Origin: a bacterium
GTDB taxonomy: Bacteria; UBA8248
Reading direction: 5' to 3'
Assembly (NCBI GenBank): GCA_965203325.1
Contig: OZ241875.1
Coordinates: 3,936,001-4,000,000 of the forward strand
Length of the DNA stretch: 64,000 bases
The translations under genes were made by a program, and so were the position numbers. Under the pieces are notes generated by a model. That model was not told where the DNA came from. It worked only from the letters and a program-made list of their open reading frames with translations, and ran no database searches. Below are positions 50,080 to 59,344 of the stretch, one piece after another. The stretch's first letter is position 1; every line of letters begins with the position of its first letter.

Positions 50080-50460
50080 GGGGTTGTAGAAAAAGCCGAT
50101 TTCGGGACAGGCGCGCAAGCGCCCCAACCTCCTCATCCTGAGTAGGCGCGCCAGCGCCGTATCGAAGGAGGAGGGACGAACGTCCCCCGGCGGGTGCGGG
50201 GCCTCGCCCTTCGATACGCGGCTTCGCCGCTACTTAGGATGAGGCAGTGCGGTTTTGGTTCGTCATTCCGGTGTCAGACCCGACCAATGCGGAAGGGTTG
50301 CATGGGCGGCCCTATATGTCATTCGTGTTCCATCATTGCGTTTTCGGGGTGTAGGGGTCGCATACATGCGACCCGCATGCCGGACGGGGGAGGGCCGCAT
50401 GTATGCGGCCCCTACATTGGAATCCCGACAGTCCCGCAAGGGCTTTTTCAATTCAAACCT
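50080..50460. repeat. Composite repeat/MITE: TIR-like left end, inverted pair of family A repeats and a GTAG-REP pair
   Basis: GGGGTTGTAGAAAAAGCC at 50080; GTAGGGGTCGCATACATGCGACCC..GGGCCGCATGTATGCGGCCCCTAC at 50351-50415; degenerate right end at ~50440-50460. Confidence 0.7.
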
Positions 50461-50509
50461 CATCAATCGGGTTTGACCCTCAAGGGGGGAATGAAAAACC
50501 TTCGGCGGG

Positions 50510-51502
50510 TCAGAACGCGGCGAGATCGCGAAGTTCTTCTACGACTTTCTCCGTGCTGGGCAGGTAGGCCCGCTCGAGCGGGGGGCTGAGCGGCACGTGG
50601 GCTTCGGGCGCGCCGATGCGGCGGACGGGCGCGTCGAGATATTCAAAAACCTCCTCGCTCACGATGGCGGCCAGCTCGCCGCCCACGCCGCCACGTTTTC
50701 TCGCCTCGTGCAGGAAGAGGATTTTTCCCGTCTTCTTGACGCTTTCGAGGATGGCTTCTTTATCGAGCGGAACGAGGGTTCTCAAGTCGATGACCTCGAC
50801 CGACACGCCGTCATTTTCGAGCACTTCCGCCGCTTCCAGGGCTTCGAGCACGGTGGTGCCGAAGGTGATGAGCGATATGTCGTCCCCATCGCGCAGGGTC
50901 CTCGCTTGGCCAAAGGGCACGGTGTAATCGTCTCCGGGAATCTCGGGTCTCAGGACTTCGGGCAGTTCGTCCACCGGGTAGTTATAGAACTTTTTGTATT
51001 CCATGAAGATGATGGGGTTGGGGTCTCTTATCGCTCCCTTGAGCATTCCTTTGGCGTCATAAGCGGTGGTAGGGGCGACGATCTTGAGGCCAGGCGTCCC
51101 GAAAAACCAGATCTCGGGGTTCTGGCTGTGGAACGGCCCCGCACTCACGAGCGCGGCGGCGGGCAGGCGCAGGACGATGGGCACCGGCCCCATCTGCCGG
51201 TAATGGTTCCCGGCGGCGAAGTCCACGATCATCTTGTAGGATTCGGTGACGAAATCGGCGAACTGAAACTCCACCACAGGCCGCATGCCGCATAAGGCGG
51301 CGCCTATGGCCGTCCCCGTAAAGCCCGCCTCGCTCAGGGGAACGTCCACCACGCGGTCGCGCCCGAATTTCTCCATGAATCCCTTCGTGATGTAGAAGGC
51401 CCCGCCGCCCAGGCCGATGTCCTCGCCCAGGAGAAACACGTCCTCATCGCGCTCCATCTCCTCCCAGAGGGCCTCGCTCAGCGCTTCGCGGTAGGTGATC
51501 AT
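50510..51502 (-). CDS. 2-oxoacid dehydrogenase E1 beta subunit
   Basis: GEDIG..GG, PLSEAG, EFQFADF, GPFHSQ, IDLRTLVPLD. Confidence 0.95.
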   Translation of the reverse strand: MITYREALSEALWEEMERDEDVFLLGEDIGLGGGAFYITKGFMEKFGRDRVVDVPLSEAGFTGTAIGAALCGMRPVVEFQFADFVTESYKMIVDFAAGNHYRQMGPVPIVLRLPAAALVSAGPFHSQNPEIWFFGTPGLKIVAPTTAYDAKGMLKGAIRDPNPIIFMEYKKFYNYPVDELPEVLRPEIPGDDYTVPFGQARTLRDGDDISLITFGTTVLEALEAAEVLENDGVSVEVIDLRTLVPLDKEAILESVKKTGKILFLHEARKRGGVGGELAAIVSEEVFEYLDAPVRRIGAPEAHVPLSPPLERAYLPSTEKVVEELRDLAAF

Positions 51503-52596
51503 TCGGCAAAGACTCCTTTGGTCAGGCCCGCGGGGTCGGGCATCGGGCTTTTGAGCGCCTCATCGCGCGCGTCTTCCGCGTCTTGTCTCGCTCGCTTATG
51601 CGATTCGGTTACTTGTTCCTGCGTCATGACGCCGAACTCGATGAGGGTTTCATCCAGCCGCTTGATGGGGTCGCGCTCGCTGGTCCATTTCTCGAAGTGT
51701 TCCATGTCCACGTAGTCGGAGAACTTGTCGTACACCGAATGCCCCGCGGCGCGCAGCGTGATGCTCTCGATGAGCGTGGGGCCGCCGCCCGCCCTCGCGC
51801 GCGCGAGCGCCTCGCTGCAGACGTGGTGCACCAGGGGCGCGTTCGTGCCGTCGATGAGAAAGCCGGGAAGCCCGTAGCCGGGCGCCTTGAGCACCAGCGC
51901 GTCACAGGCGTATTGATCGCTCAACAGCGTCTTGTAGGCGTACTGGTTGTTGTCGATGATGATGACGAGGGGGAGTTTGCGCACCGCGGCGAAATTCACC
52001 GCCTCGTGGAAATCGCCCGCACTCGTGCCGCCGTCTCCGATGTAGTTGATGGTGGCCTCGCCCTTGCCGCGCGCCTTGGCCGCCCACGCCACGCCCGTCG
52101 CGATGGGCACCATGGTGCCGATGTGGCTGATGAGCTGGGTGATGCGCTTGGGCCGGTAGCCCATGTGAAAATTTCCGTCGCGTCCGCCGGAGGGGCCGTC
52201 GGCGCGTCCGAAGAAATGCGACATGATGCTCCTGGGCGGATGGCCCTTGGCGAGGTGCGCCCCGCAGTTTCGGTGCATGGGCACGAGCCATTCGTGATCT
52301 TCGAGACACATCGCGCTCGCGACGCTCGCCCCCTCGTTCCCCCTGCCGAAAAAGGCGGTGCCGGGGATGTGGCCGGCGCGAAAAGCGGAATCGAGCGTCT
52401 CCTCGACCGCGCGGGCGAGCGAGACGAGATAGTGCATCCGCTCGGCGGTTTCCTGGTCGGGGAGGATCTCTTTTTTGGTGAAACTCACCCAGCGCGCCTC
52501 CAGGCCGTCCACGGCGAGGTAGCGATCGGCGAGATCGGTATAAAAATCGAGGTTCGCCAGCTCCTCGCGCGTGGCGAGGGGGTGATTCGCGTCCAT
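51499..52596 (-). CDS. 2-oxoacid dehydrogenase E1 alpha subunit (TPP-dependent)
   Basis: GDGGTSAGDFHEAVN...NNQYA; RAAGHS. Confidence 0.93.
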   Translation of the reverse strand: MDANHPLATREELANLDFYTDLADRYLAVDGLEARWVSFTKKEILPDQETAERMHYLVSLARAVEETLDSAFRAGHIPGTAFFGRGNEGASVASAMCLEDHEWLVPMHRNCGAHLAKGHPPRSIMSHFFGRADGPSGGRDGNFHMGYRPKRITQLISHIGTMVPIATGVAWAAKARGKGEATINYIGDGGTSAGDFHEAVNFAAVRKLPLVIIIDNNQYAYKTLLSDQYACDALVLKAPGYGLPGFLIDGTNAPLVHHVCSEALARARAGGGPTLIESITLRAAGHSVYDKFSDYVDMEHFEKWTSERDPIKRLDETLIEFGVMTQEQVTESHKRARQDAEDARDEALKSPMPDPAGLTKGVFAE

Positions 52597-52875
52597 GCGG
52601 CTCTCCTTGCGCCCATGCAGCGGAAAAATGTGAGAGAGCGCTCCTTTTGAGCGGTCTTATCGTGATTCTCACTCGCTGTCGGGGCTGTCGGTATTAAACC
52701 ATAATTCGCAGTGAAATGAATATCCCCTTTGAAACGCGCGCGCTTTGAATATAGAGTTGGCCTCCTGAGAACGAGAAGGGAATGGGCGCGCTTTCGCCGG
52801 AGCTTTCCGGCGGGGAGAGGCTGCGGTGATTGATGGTGGCTGAGAACGTCGGCCAGTATGAAAAGTGAGGGAAAG

Positions 52876-53784
52876 ATGAGTCTTCTGGTGGTCGGTTCCA
52901 TGGCGATAGATTCGGTGAAGACGCCTTTCGGCGCGCGCGAAGAGGCGGTCGGGGGGTCGGCCACCTATTTCTCGGTGGCGGCGAGCTATTTCACGGACGT
53001 GCGGCTCGTGGCTGTGGTGGGGGCGGATTTCCCCGAAGGCACGCTCGAATTCCTGAGAGAGCGCAAAATCGACATATCCGGCATCGAAAGAAGCGATGGC
53101 CGGACCTTCCGCTGGAAGGGGGAGTACGGGTTCGACTTGAACACCGCCCACACGCTCGACACGCAACTGAACGTCTTCGAGAGCTTCTCGCCCAGGTTGC
53201 CGGATGATTTCCGCGACACCGAATTCATCTTTCTCGCGAACATCGATCCGGAGCTTCAGGCCGCCGTCCTGGGCCAGGCGAACACGCCCAGGCTCGTGGC
53301 GTGCGACACCATGAACTTCTGGATCGAGGGAAAGCGCGAAGAATTGCTCAAAACGCTCTCGATGGTCGATCTGGTCGTCATCAACGACGCGGAGGCGCGC
53401 GCGCTGTCGGGCGAGGCGAACATCGCGCGCGCCGCGCGCCGCATCAGAGAAATAGGCCCAAAGACCCTGGTGGTGAAACAGGGCGAGTACGGCGCGCTTC
53501 TTTTTCACGAGGACGGCGTGTTCTCCGCCCCCGGGCTGCCGATAGAAGACGTCTGCGACCCGACGGGGGCGGGCGACAGCTTCGCCGGCGGCTTCATGGG
53601 CCATCTCGCCGCAACGGGCGACCTGAGCGAGGCGGGGATGCGCCGGGCGGTCGTTTTCGGCAGCGTCATGGCGTCGTTCAACGTGGAGTCGTTCAGCTAC
53701 GACCGCATGCGCGCGCTCTCAGAGGAGGAGATTGACGCGCGCTACCGGGCGTTCAGCGAACTGGCCCACTTCGAGCGCCTCTGA
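52876..53784 (+). CDS. PfkB family carbohydrate/nucleoside kinase
   Basis: VVGSMAID, GGSATYF, DPTGAGDSFAGG. Confidence 0.93.
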   Translation: MSLLVVGSMAIDSVKTPFGAREEAVGGSATYFSVAASYFTDVRLVAVVGADFPEGTLEFLRERKIDISGIERSDGRTFRWKGEYGFDLNTAHTLDTQLNVFESFSPRLPDDFRDTEFIFLANIDPELQAAVLGQANTPRLVACDTMNFWIEGKREELLKTLSMVDLVVINDAEARALSGEANIARAARRIREIGPKTLVVKQGEYGALLFHEDGVFSAPGLPIEDVCDPTGAGDSFAGGFMGHLAATGDLSEAGMRRAVVFGSVMASFNVESFSYDRMRALSEEEIDARYRAFSELAHFERL

Positions 53785-53793
53785 GGCCGGGCG

Positions 53794-54387
53794 GTGTCGC
53801 TCAGGATCATCGGCGGCGCAGCCAGGAGCCGGAGAATCCCCTCGCCCGAGGGAGAGGGCGTACGGCCCACGGGCGAGCGGGTGCGCGAGGCGCTGTTCAA
53901 CATCTGGGGGGGCGCGGTCGTCGGCGCGCGCGTGCTGGATTTGTGCGCGGGCTCGGGCGCGATATCGCTCGAGGCGCTCAGCCGAGGCGCGGCGGGCGTG
54001 CTCGCCGTAGAGAAAAACCCGCGGCTTTGCGCGGCGATGCAGCGAAACGCCGAGGCCTTAGGCCTTAGCGAAGGCCTGGAGGTCCGCTGCGCGGACGTGG
54101 CCCACGAGATCGGGCGCATCCGGGCGCAGGGCTCCCGCAGGTTCGATCTGGCCTTCGCCGATCCGCCCTGGAGGGAAGACGCGTTGCGGCAAGAGTTGCT
54201 CGATACCGTCTTAGCGCCCGAGCCGATATGCACGCAGTTGGTGATGGAGGCGCCCCGGGGCGTTGAGGCGAAAAGCGAGGTGGGCGAGGCGAGACTCGTG
54301 CGCGAGAGGCGCTACGGCGATACGCGTCTGCTCTTCTACGAGGCGGAATCGGCGGGGATATCGGGCGATGGTGACGTGTCAAAATAG
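53794..54387 (+). CDS. rsmD: 16S rRNA m2G966 methyltransferase RsmD
   Basis: LRIIGG, RPTGERVREALFN, LDLCAGSG, EALSRGA, DPPW, RRYGDT. Confidence 0.92.
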   Translation: MSLRIIGGAARSRRIPSPEGEGVRPTGERVREALFNIWGGAVVGARVLDLCAGSGAISLEALSRGAAGVLAVEKNPRLCAAMQRNAEALGLSEGLEVRCADVAHEIGRIRAQGSRRFDLAFADPPWREDALRQELLDTVLAPEPICTQLVMEAPRGVEAKSEVGEARLVRERRYGDTRLLFYEAESAGISGDGDVSK

Positions 54388-54479
54388 AAATTCTAAAGGC
54401 GCTGTGGGACGCGAAAACGGGATTTCGTCGATAAAACTTGTGCAAAAACAATGCTTAAAACGAAAACGCAAGGCCTGAT

Positions 54480-54650
54480 GAGGCGAAAATTTAGTGTATG
54501 TTATTGAAATTATTTACATTAGAAGGTTTGCCCAAAAATGTGTCAATATGTTTTAAGTGACGGAAAATAGGGGGTTTAGAGGCCCTCTAAACAGACTTAT
54601 CCACAGCTTATTCACGGATTCTGTGGGCAAATGTTACAGAATTGTTACAA
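54480..54650. promoter_or_regulatory. AT-rich region with a DnaA-box cluster
   Basis: TTATCCACA (54597-54605), TTATTCACG (54608-54616), inverted TGTGGGCAA (54622-54630). Confidence 0.55.
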
Positions 54651-54665
54651 ATAGGGGAAAGTGAA

Positions 54666-55427
54666 TTGCCACAACTATTTGATTTAAGCGGAAAGAGGGC
54701 TTTGGTCACAGGAGGCGGCACGGGACTCGGGCGCGCGATGGCCCATGCGCTGGCCGATGCGGGCGCCGACGTCGCCCTGGCGGCGAGGCGAAAGGAAAAA
54801 CTCGAGGAGGCGGCGGAGGAGATTCGCGCCCTGGGCCGGGCGGCCCACGTCGTCGCCTGCGACCTGACGGAGCCCGACTCCATCCGCGACGCGGCGCGCG
54901 AGGCGGAAGACGCGCTGGGGGCCATCGACGTTCTGGTGAACAACAGCGGCGTGAGTGGGGAGGGCTGGGCCACCGATCTGCCGATTGAGCGCTGGAACCA
55001 GGTGCTGGAGACGAACCTCAGGGGCGCGTTCCTGATGAGTCAGGCGGTGGCGCCCGGGATGATAGAGCGCGGCGGCGGCGCGATCGTGAACGTGGCCTCG
55101 GTCGCGGGCTTCATCGGGGTGAAGATGCTCTCCGCCTATTCGGCGAGCAAGGGCGGCCTGATCCAGCTCACCAAGACGCTCGCGCTCGAATGGGCGAAGA
55201 CGGGCGTGCGCGTGAACGCCCTGGCGCCCGGTTATTTCCTCACGGACATCAACAGCAAGTTTTTCGCGTCCGATGCGGGCGAGCGGATGATCAAGGCCCA
55301 CATCCCGATGGGGCGTATCGGCCGGCCCGAGGAGCTCAAGGGGGCGATCCTCTTCCTGGCGAGCGACGCTTCGAGCTTCATGACGGGCTCGACCCTCGTC
55401 GTGGACGGCGGACAGTACGCGCAATAG
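54666..55427 (+). CDS. SDR family oxidoreductase (gluconate 5-dehydrogenase/FabG-like)
   Basis: TGGGTGLG, LVNNSG, YSASKGG, VNALAPG. Confidence 0.93.
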   Translation: MPQLFDLSGKRALVTGGGTGLGRAMAHALADAGADVALAARRKEKLEEAAEEIRALGRAAHVVACDLTEPDSIRDAAREAEDALGAIDVLVNNSGVSGEGWATDLPIERWNQVLETNLRGAFLMSQAVAPGMIERGGGAIVNVASVAGFIGVKMLSAYSASKGGLIQLTKTLALEWAKTGVRVNALAPGYFLTDINSKFFASDAGERMIKAHIPMGRIGRPEELKGAILFLASDASSFMTGSTLVVDGGQYAQ

Positions 55428-55621
55428 GGGTTGTTGAAAAAGTCCTATCCGCCTCATCCTGAGTAGCGGCGGAGCCGCGTATCGAAGGATGCCCGCTCGC
55501 CCGGCGCGAGGCGTTCGACCCCCCGCGCCCTTCGATACGCCGCCTTCGGCGGCTACTCAGGGTGAGGAAAGAGGCGTTGGCGGTTTGCGGGGGCCGCAGA
55601 CGGGGCTTTTTCAACAACCCC
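55427..55621. mobile_element. 195-bp MITE with perfect 16-bp terminal inverted repeats
   Basis: GGGGTTGTTGAAAAAG...CTTTTTCAACAACCCC enclosing an inverted pair of family A repeats. Confidence 0.8.
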
Positions 55622-55998
55622 GATTCATGTGTGATTCAGCCTTGGCGTTCTGGGCGTCGAAGCCGAAAAATCGAAATAAACGAAAGAAGGGACTTGACCT
55701 CGGCGCGCGCTTGACCCATAAGATCGGTGTTGCTTTTGCGAGGAATTGCATGATCTCCGCCCGTTGAGTCACGCAACCTCGCGTCTGATGGATCGATATG
55801 GAGTATTGATTCGATGAAGCATCAGGATCGCAGGAGGTCCTGGGGCGTGTTCAAGACGCCCCGCCATCCACTGGCTTCTTAGGAAACCAGCGCGTTCACC
55901 CGTCTTGCGCGCAAGCGCCCCACCACACACGAAAACCCGGCGTTCCGCCAAGGCGCACATTCACGAAAACATTGAAATTCCCAAGGAGCCTGAAACTC

Positions 55999-57633
55999 AT
56001 GGCGAGACAAGCCACGGCAGCACGAAAGAAACCATCCAGAGGCAGGGCATCGAACAGAATACGCATTTTCGACACCACGCTCAGGGACGGGGAGCAGTCG
56101 CCCGGCTGCAGCATGGATCATTTCCAGAAGGTGCAGATGGCGCTTCAACTCGAGAAACTGGGCGTGGACATCATCGAAGCCGGTTTTCCCATCGCGTCGA
56201 ACGACGAGTTCGAATCGGTGCGCGACGTGGCGAAGGCGGTGACGAAGACCAGCGTCGCCGGTCTTTCGCGCTCCGCGCGCGAGGACATCGACCGCTGTTG
56301 GGAGGCGGTGCGCCACGCGAAAAAGCCCAGAATCCACACCTTCATCGCCACGTCCGACATTCACTTGAAGCACAAGCTCAAGATGACGCGCGCGCAGCTC
56401 CTGAAGGAGATCGCCGCCTCGGTGCGCCATGCGCGAAAACTCTGCAAGGACGTGGAGTGGAGTGCTGAGGACGCAACGCGCTCGGACTGGGACTTCCTGG
56501 CCGAGACGGTGAAGATCGCCATCGAGGAGGGAGCGACGACCATCAACCTCCCCGATACGGTGGGATACATCATCCCCAGCGAGTTCAAGCGCTTCTGGGA
56601 GCATATTTTCGAAAAGGTGCCGAGCTATGACGAGGTGGTCTTCAGCGCGCACTGCCACGACGACCTGGGACTCGCGGTGGCGAACAGCATCGTGGCGGTC
56701 GAATCGGGCGTGCGGCAGGTGGAGTGCACCATCAACGGCATCGGCGAGCGGGCGGGCAACGCCTCGCTCGAGGAGCTCGTGATGGCCATCGCCACCAGGC
56801 GTGATGAGCTCAACTATAAATCCGGTATCAAGACGCGCGAGATCTACCCCACGAGCAGGCTGCTCACCTCCATGACGGGCGTGCCCGTACAGCCCAACAA
56901 GGCGGTGGTGGGCAAGAACGCCTTCGCGCACGAGGCGGGCATCCACCAGCACGGGGTGATTTCGAAGGCCATCACGTATGAGATCATGACGCCCAAGTCC
57001 GTGGGCAGGCCCTCGAACACGCTCGTGCTCGGCAAGCACTCGGGGCGCGCGGGCTTGCGGAAGCGCTACGAGCAACTCGGCTTCAAGATGTCGCGCGAGG
57101 ACATCACGGCCATCTACCCGCGCTTCATCGACCTGGCCGACAAGAAAAAAGAGGTCTACGACGAGGACTTGATAGCGCTCTTGCAGCAAAACCGCGCCGA
57201 GGGCGGGGAGAACTACTACAACCTCGAGTTCCTGCAGGTTACGTCCTCCACGGGCACGCAGCCGGCCTCCACGGCCACGGTGCGGATCCGCCAGGGCGAG
57301 GCGGAGTTCTCCGACGTGAGCCAGGGCAACGGCCCCGTGGACGCGGCCATCAACGCCATCTGCCGGGTGGTGGGCATCGAATGCCGCCTGGCGGATTTTT
57401 CGGTGAACGCCGTCACCCGGGGGCGCGACGCCCTCGCCGAGGTGAACATGATGGTCGAGTTCGAGGGCGACTTGCAGATAGCGGGCCACGCCACGAGCCC
57501 CGACACGGTCGAGGCGGGTGCGAAGGCCTTCGTGAACGCGGTGAACAAGTTCAAGCTCACCGAAGATATGCGCAAATCCAAGGGCAAGGGGCGCAAGGCG
57601 AAAGCACCCGCCGAGCGCCCGCGCGGCATTTGA
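55999..57633 (+). CDS. leuA: 2-isopropylmalate synthase
   Basis: FDTTLRDGEQSPG, HCHDDLG, GIGERAGN, HEAGIHQ, LGKHSGR, regulatory GNGPVDA. Confidence 0.95.
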   Translation: MARQATAARKKPSRGRASNRIRIFDTTLRDGEQSPGCSMDHFQKVQMALQLEKLGVDIIEAGFPIASNDEFESVRDVAKAVTKTSVAGLSRSAREDIDRCWEAVRHAKKPRIHTFIATSDIHLKHKLKMTRAQLLKEIAASVRHARKLCKDVEWSAEDATRSDWDFLAETVKIAIEEGATTINLPDTVGYIIPSEFKRFWEHIFEKVPSYDEVVFSAHCHDDLGLAVANSIVAVESGVRQVECTINGIGERAGNASLEELVMAIATRRDELNYKSGIKTREIYPTSRLLTSMTGVPVQPNKAVVGKNAFAHEAGIHQHGVISKAITYEIMTPKSVGRPSNTLVLGKHSGRAGLRKRYEQLGFKMSREDITAIYPRFIDLADKKKEVYDEDLIALLQQNRAEGGENYYNLEFLQVTSSTGTQPASTATVRIRQGEAEFSDVSQGNGPVDAAINAICRVVGIECRLADFSVNAVTRGRDALAEVNMMVEFEGDLQIAGHATSPDTVEAGAKAFVNAVNKFKLTEDMRKSKGKGRKAKAPAERPRGI

Positions 57634-57643
57634 CGTAAAATCG

Positions 57644-57671
57644 GGGGCGGCCCTCTCCGGGGGGCCGCCCC
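57644..57671 (+). terminator. GC-rich hairpin after leuA (weak terminator or stability element)
   Basis: GGGGCGGCCCTC..GGGGGCCGCCCC with a poor U-tract. Confidence 0.4.
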
Positions 57672-57719
57672 GCATATTTGTTGCCCTCCCGATTCATCCC
57701 CACGCAAGGAGATTCCTCC

Positions 57720-59093
57720 ATGACCTACCCGGCCACAAGAGAGCTGGCGAAACGAATCGCCGCGGTCCTTCCACCCGACGTCGGCGCTACGGCCCGCGCG
57801 GGGGCGCGAAACGCCGCCCTCGACACGCTGGGCGTGATTCTGGCGGGCCGGGGAGATGATTGCGCGCGGCTGGCGCATCGGCTGGCGGTCGCCGAGGGCG
57901 GCGCGCCACTCGCACGGCTTATCGGCACGACGGGGCGCACGAGCGCCTCCTGGGCCGCATTCGTGAACGGCACGGCGGGCCATGCGCTCGATTACGACGA
58001 CGTGGATTTCGTGATGCTGGGCCACCCGAGCGTCACCCTGGTGCCCGCCCTCATCGCGCTGGCCGAGGAGCGGGAAATCGGCGGCGCGCGGGTTCTCGAA
58101 GCCTATGCGGTCGGTTTCGAACTTTTGCACGTCCTGGGCCGCGCGGTGAACCCCCGCCATTACCGCCGGGGCTTTCACGCCACGGCCACGTTGGGATCCG
58201 TCGGCGTGGCGGGCGCCTGTGCGTACCTGTTGGGACTGGACGAAGAGCAGACGCGGAACGCCCTGAGCCTGGGGGCGAGCGGCTCGGCGGGGCTGGTGTC
58301 GAACTTCGGCACGATGACCAAGCCCTTCCACGCGGGCCAGTCCGCGCGGGCGGGTCTCGTGGCGGCGAAACTCGCCGAGGACGGCTTCACAGCGGCCGAG
58401 GATACGCTGGAGACAGGCTTCACGGCGGCCATGGCGGCGGAGGCAATCGGGCCCAAGGCGCATGAATTCGCGGACTGGGAGGGCGCGGTCGCTCCCTGGG
58501 GGCGGCCCTGGGACATCGAAGAGGGCGTCTGCGTGAAGATTCACCCCTGCTGCGCCATGACGCATCCGGGCATCGACGCCATGCTCGACCTGGTGACCAA
58601 AGAAGACATCGCGGTCGCCGACGTGGCGGCCCTGGGCGCGCGCGCATCGACCATGACGCTCAAGGTTCTGCGCTATAAGGAGGCGACGACGGGTCTCGAG
58701 GGGAAATTCTCCATGCCGTTCTGTCTGGCCTCCGCCCTGGTGGACCGCAAGGTGGGCATCCGCCAGTTCGAGGAAGACAGCGTCGCGCGGCCCGAGATCG
58801 CTGCGCTCCAGAAGCGCGTGGCCTTCGAGCTCGATGAGAAGATGGCGCGCGAGGACCCCGAGACCGAGGCGGCCGAAGTCTGGATCAAGCTCAACGACGG
58901 CCGCGAACTTTCTCGCTTTTTCGCCCGCGCGCGCGGCCACGTCGAAAACCCCCTGAGCGAGTTCGAACTCAAGGAAAAATTCCTCGAATGCGCCGCCGAC
59001 CTTCCCGAAGGAAAGGCCGAAGCCGCCTGGGACGCCTGGTATCGTCTCGATGAGGCGGAGGACCTTACCCGCCTCACCGCCATGCTTTCATAG
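57720..59093 (+). CDS. MmgE/PrpD family protein (IDS epimerase/aconitate decarboxylase-like)
   Basis: GHALDYDD..GHPS, RGFHAT, NFGTMTKPFHAG, KIHPCC. Confidence 0.92.
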   Translation: MTYPATRELAKRIAAVLPPDVGATARAGARNAALDTLGVILAGRGDDCARLAHRLAVAEGGAPLARLIGTTGRTSASWAAFVNGTAGHALDYDDVDFVMLGHPSVTLVPALIALAEEREIGGARVLEAYAVGFELLHVLGRAVNPRHYRRGFHATATLGSVGVAGACAYLLGLDEEQTRNALSLGASGSAGLVSNFGTMTKPFHAGQSARAGLVAAKLAEDGFTAAEDTLETGFTAAMAAEAIGPKAHEFADWEGAVAPWGRPWDIEEGVCVKIHPCCAMTHPGIDAMLDLVTKEDIAVADVAALGARASTMTLKVLRYKEATTGLEGKFSMPFCLASALVDRKVGIRQFEEDSVARPEIAALQKRVAFELDEKMAREDPETEAAEVWIKLNDGRELSRFFARARGHVENPLSEFELKEKFLECAADLPEGKAEAAWDAWYRLDEAEDLTRLTAMLS

Positions 59094-59100
59094 GGGTATC

Positions 59101-59157
59101 CGTAGGGGCAAACCCCTCCTCGGGGTTGCCCCACAGTTCGTGAACCGTCCCTGCAAT
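59101..59157 (+). repeat. 57-bp GTAG-type REP repeat, copy 1
   Basis: CGTAGGGGCAAACCCCTCCTCGGGGTTGCCCC...CCTGCAAT; 54/57 identical to 60777-60833. Confidence 0.85.
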
Positions 59158-59344
59158 CTTGATTTACCCTGTAGCCAAGTTTGTTCTTGCCTGTTATTCC
59201 GGCGTACGCTGAAGCGGCGGTGACGTTTGCCGCATTGATCGAAACAAAGCCTCATTCTCCGGGCAGAACTGACAATCTTGCCGCCGCGCGGCGTGGGGGA
59301 TATTATCGTCTCGCCGCTGGTAACTCGTACCAAGGAGATCGAAC

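Noticed and set aside
55800..55900. Classical leucine attenuator upstream of leuA
   Set aside because: No Leu-codon run and no terminator hairpin with a U-tract
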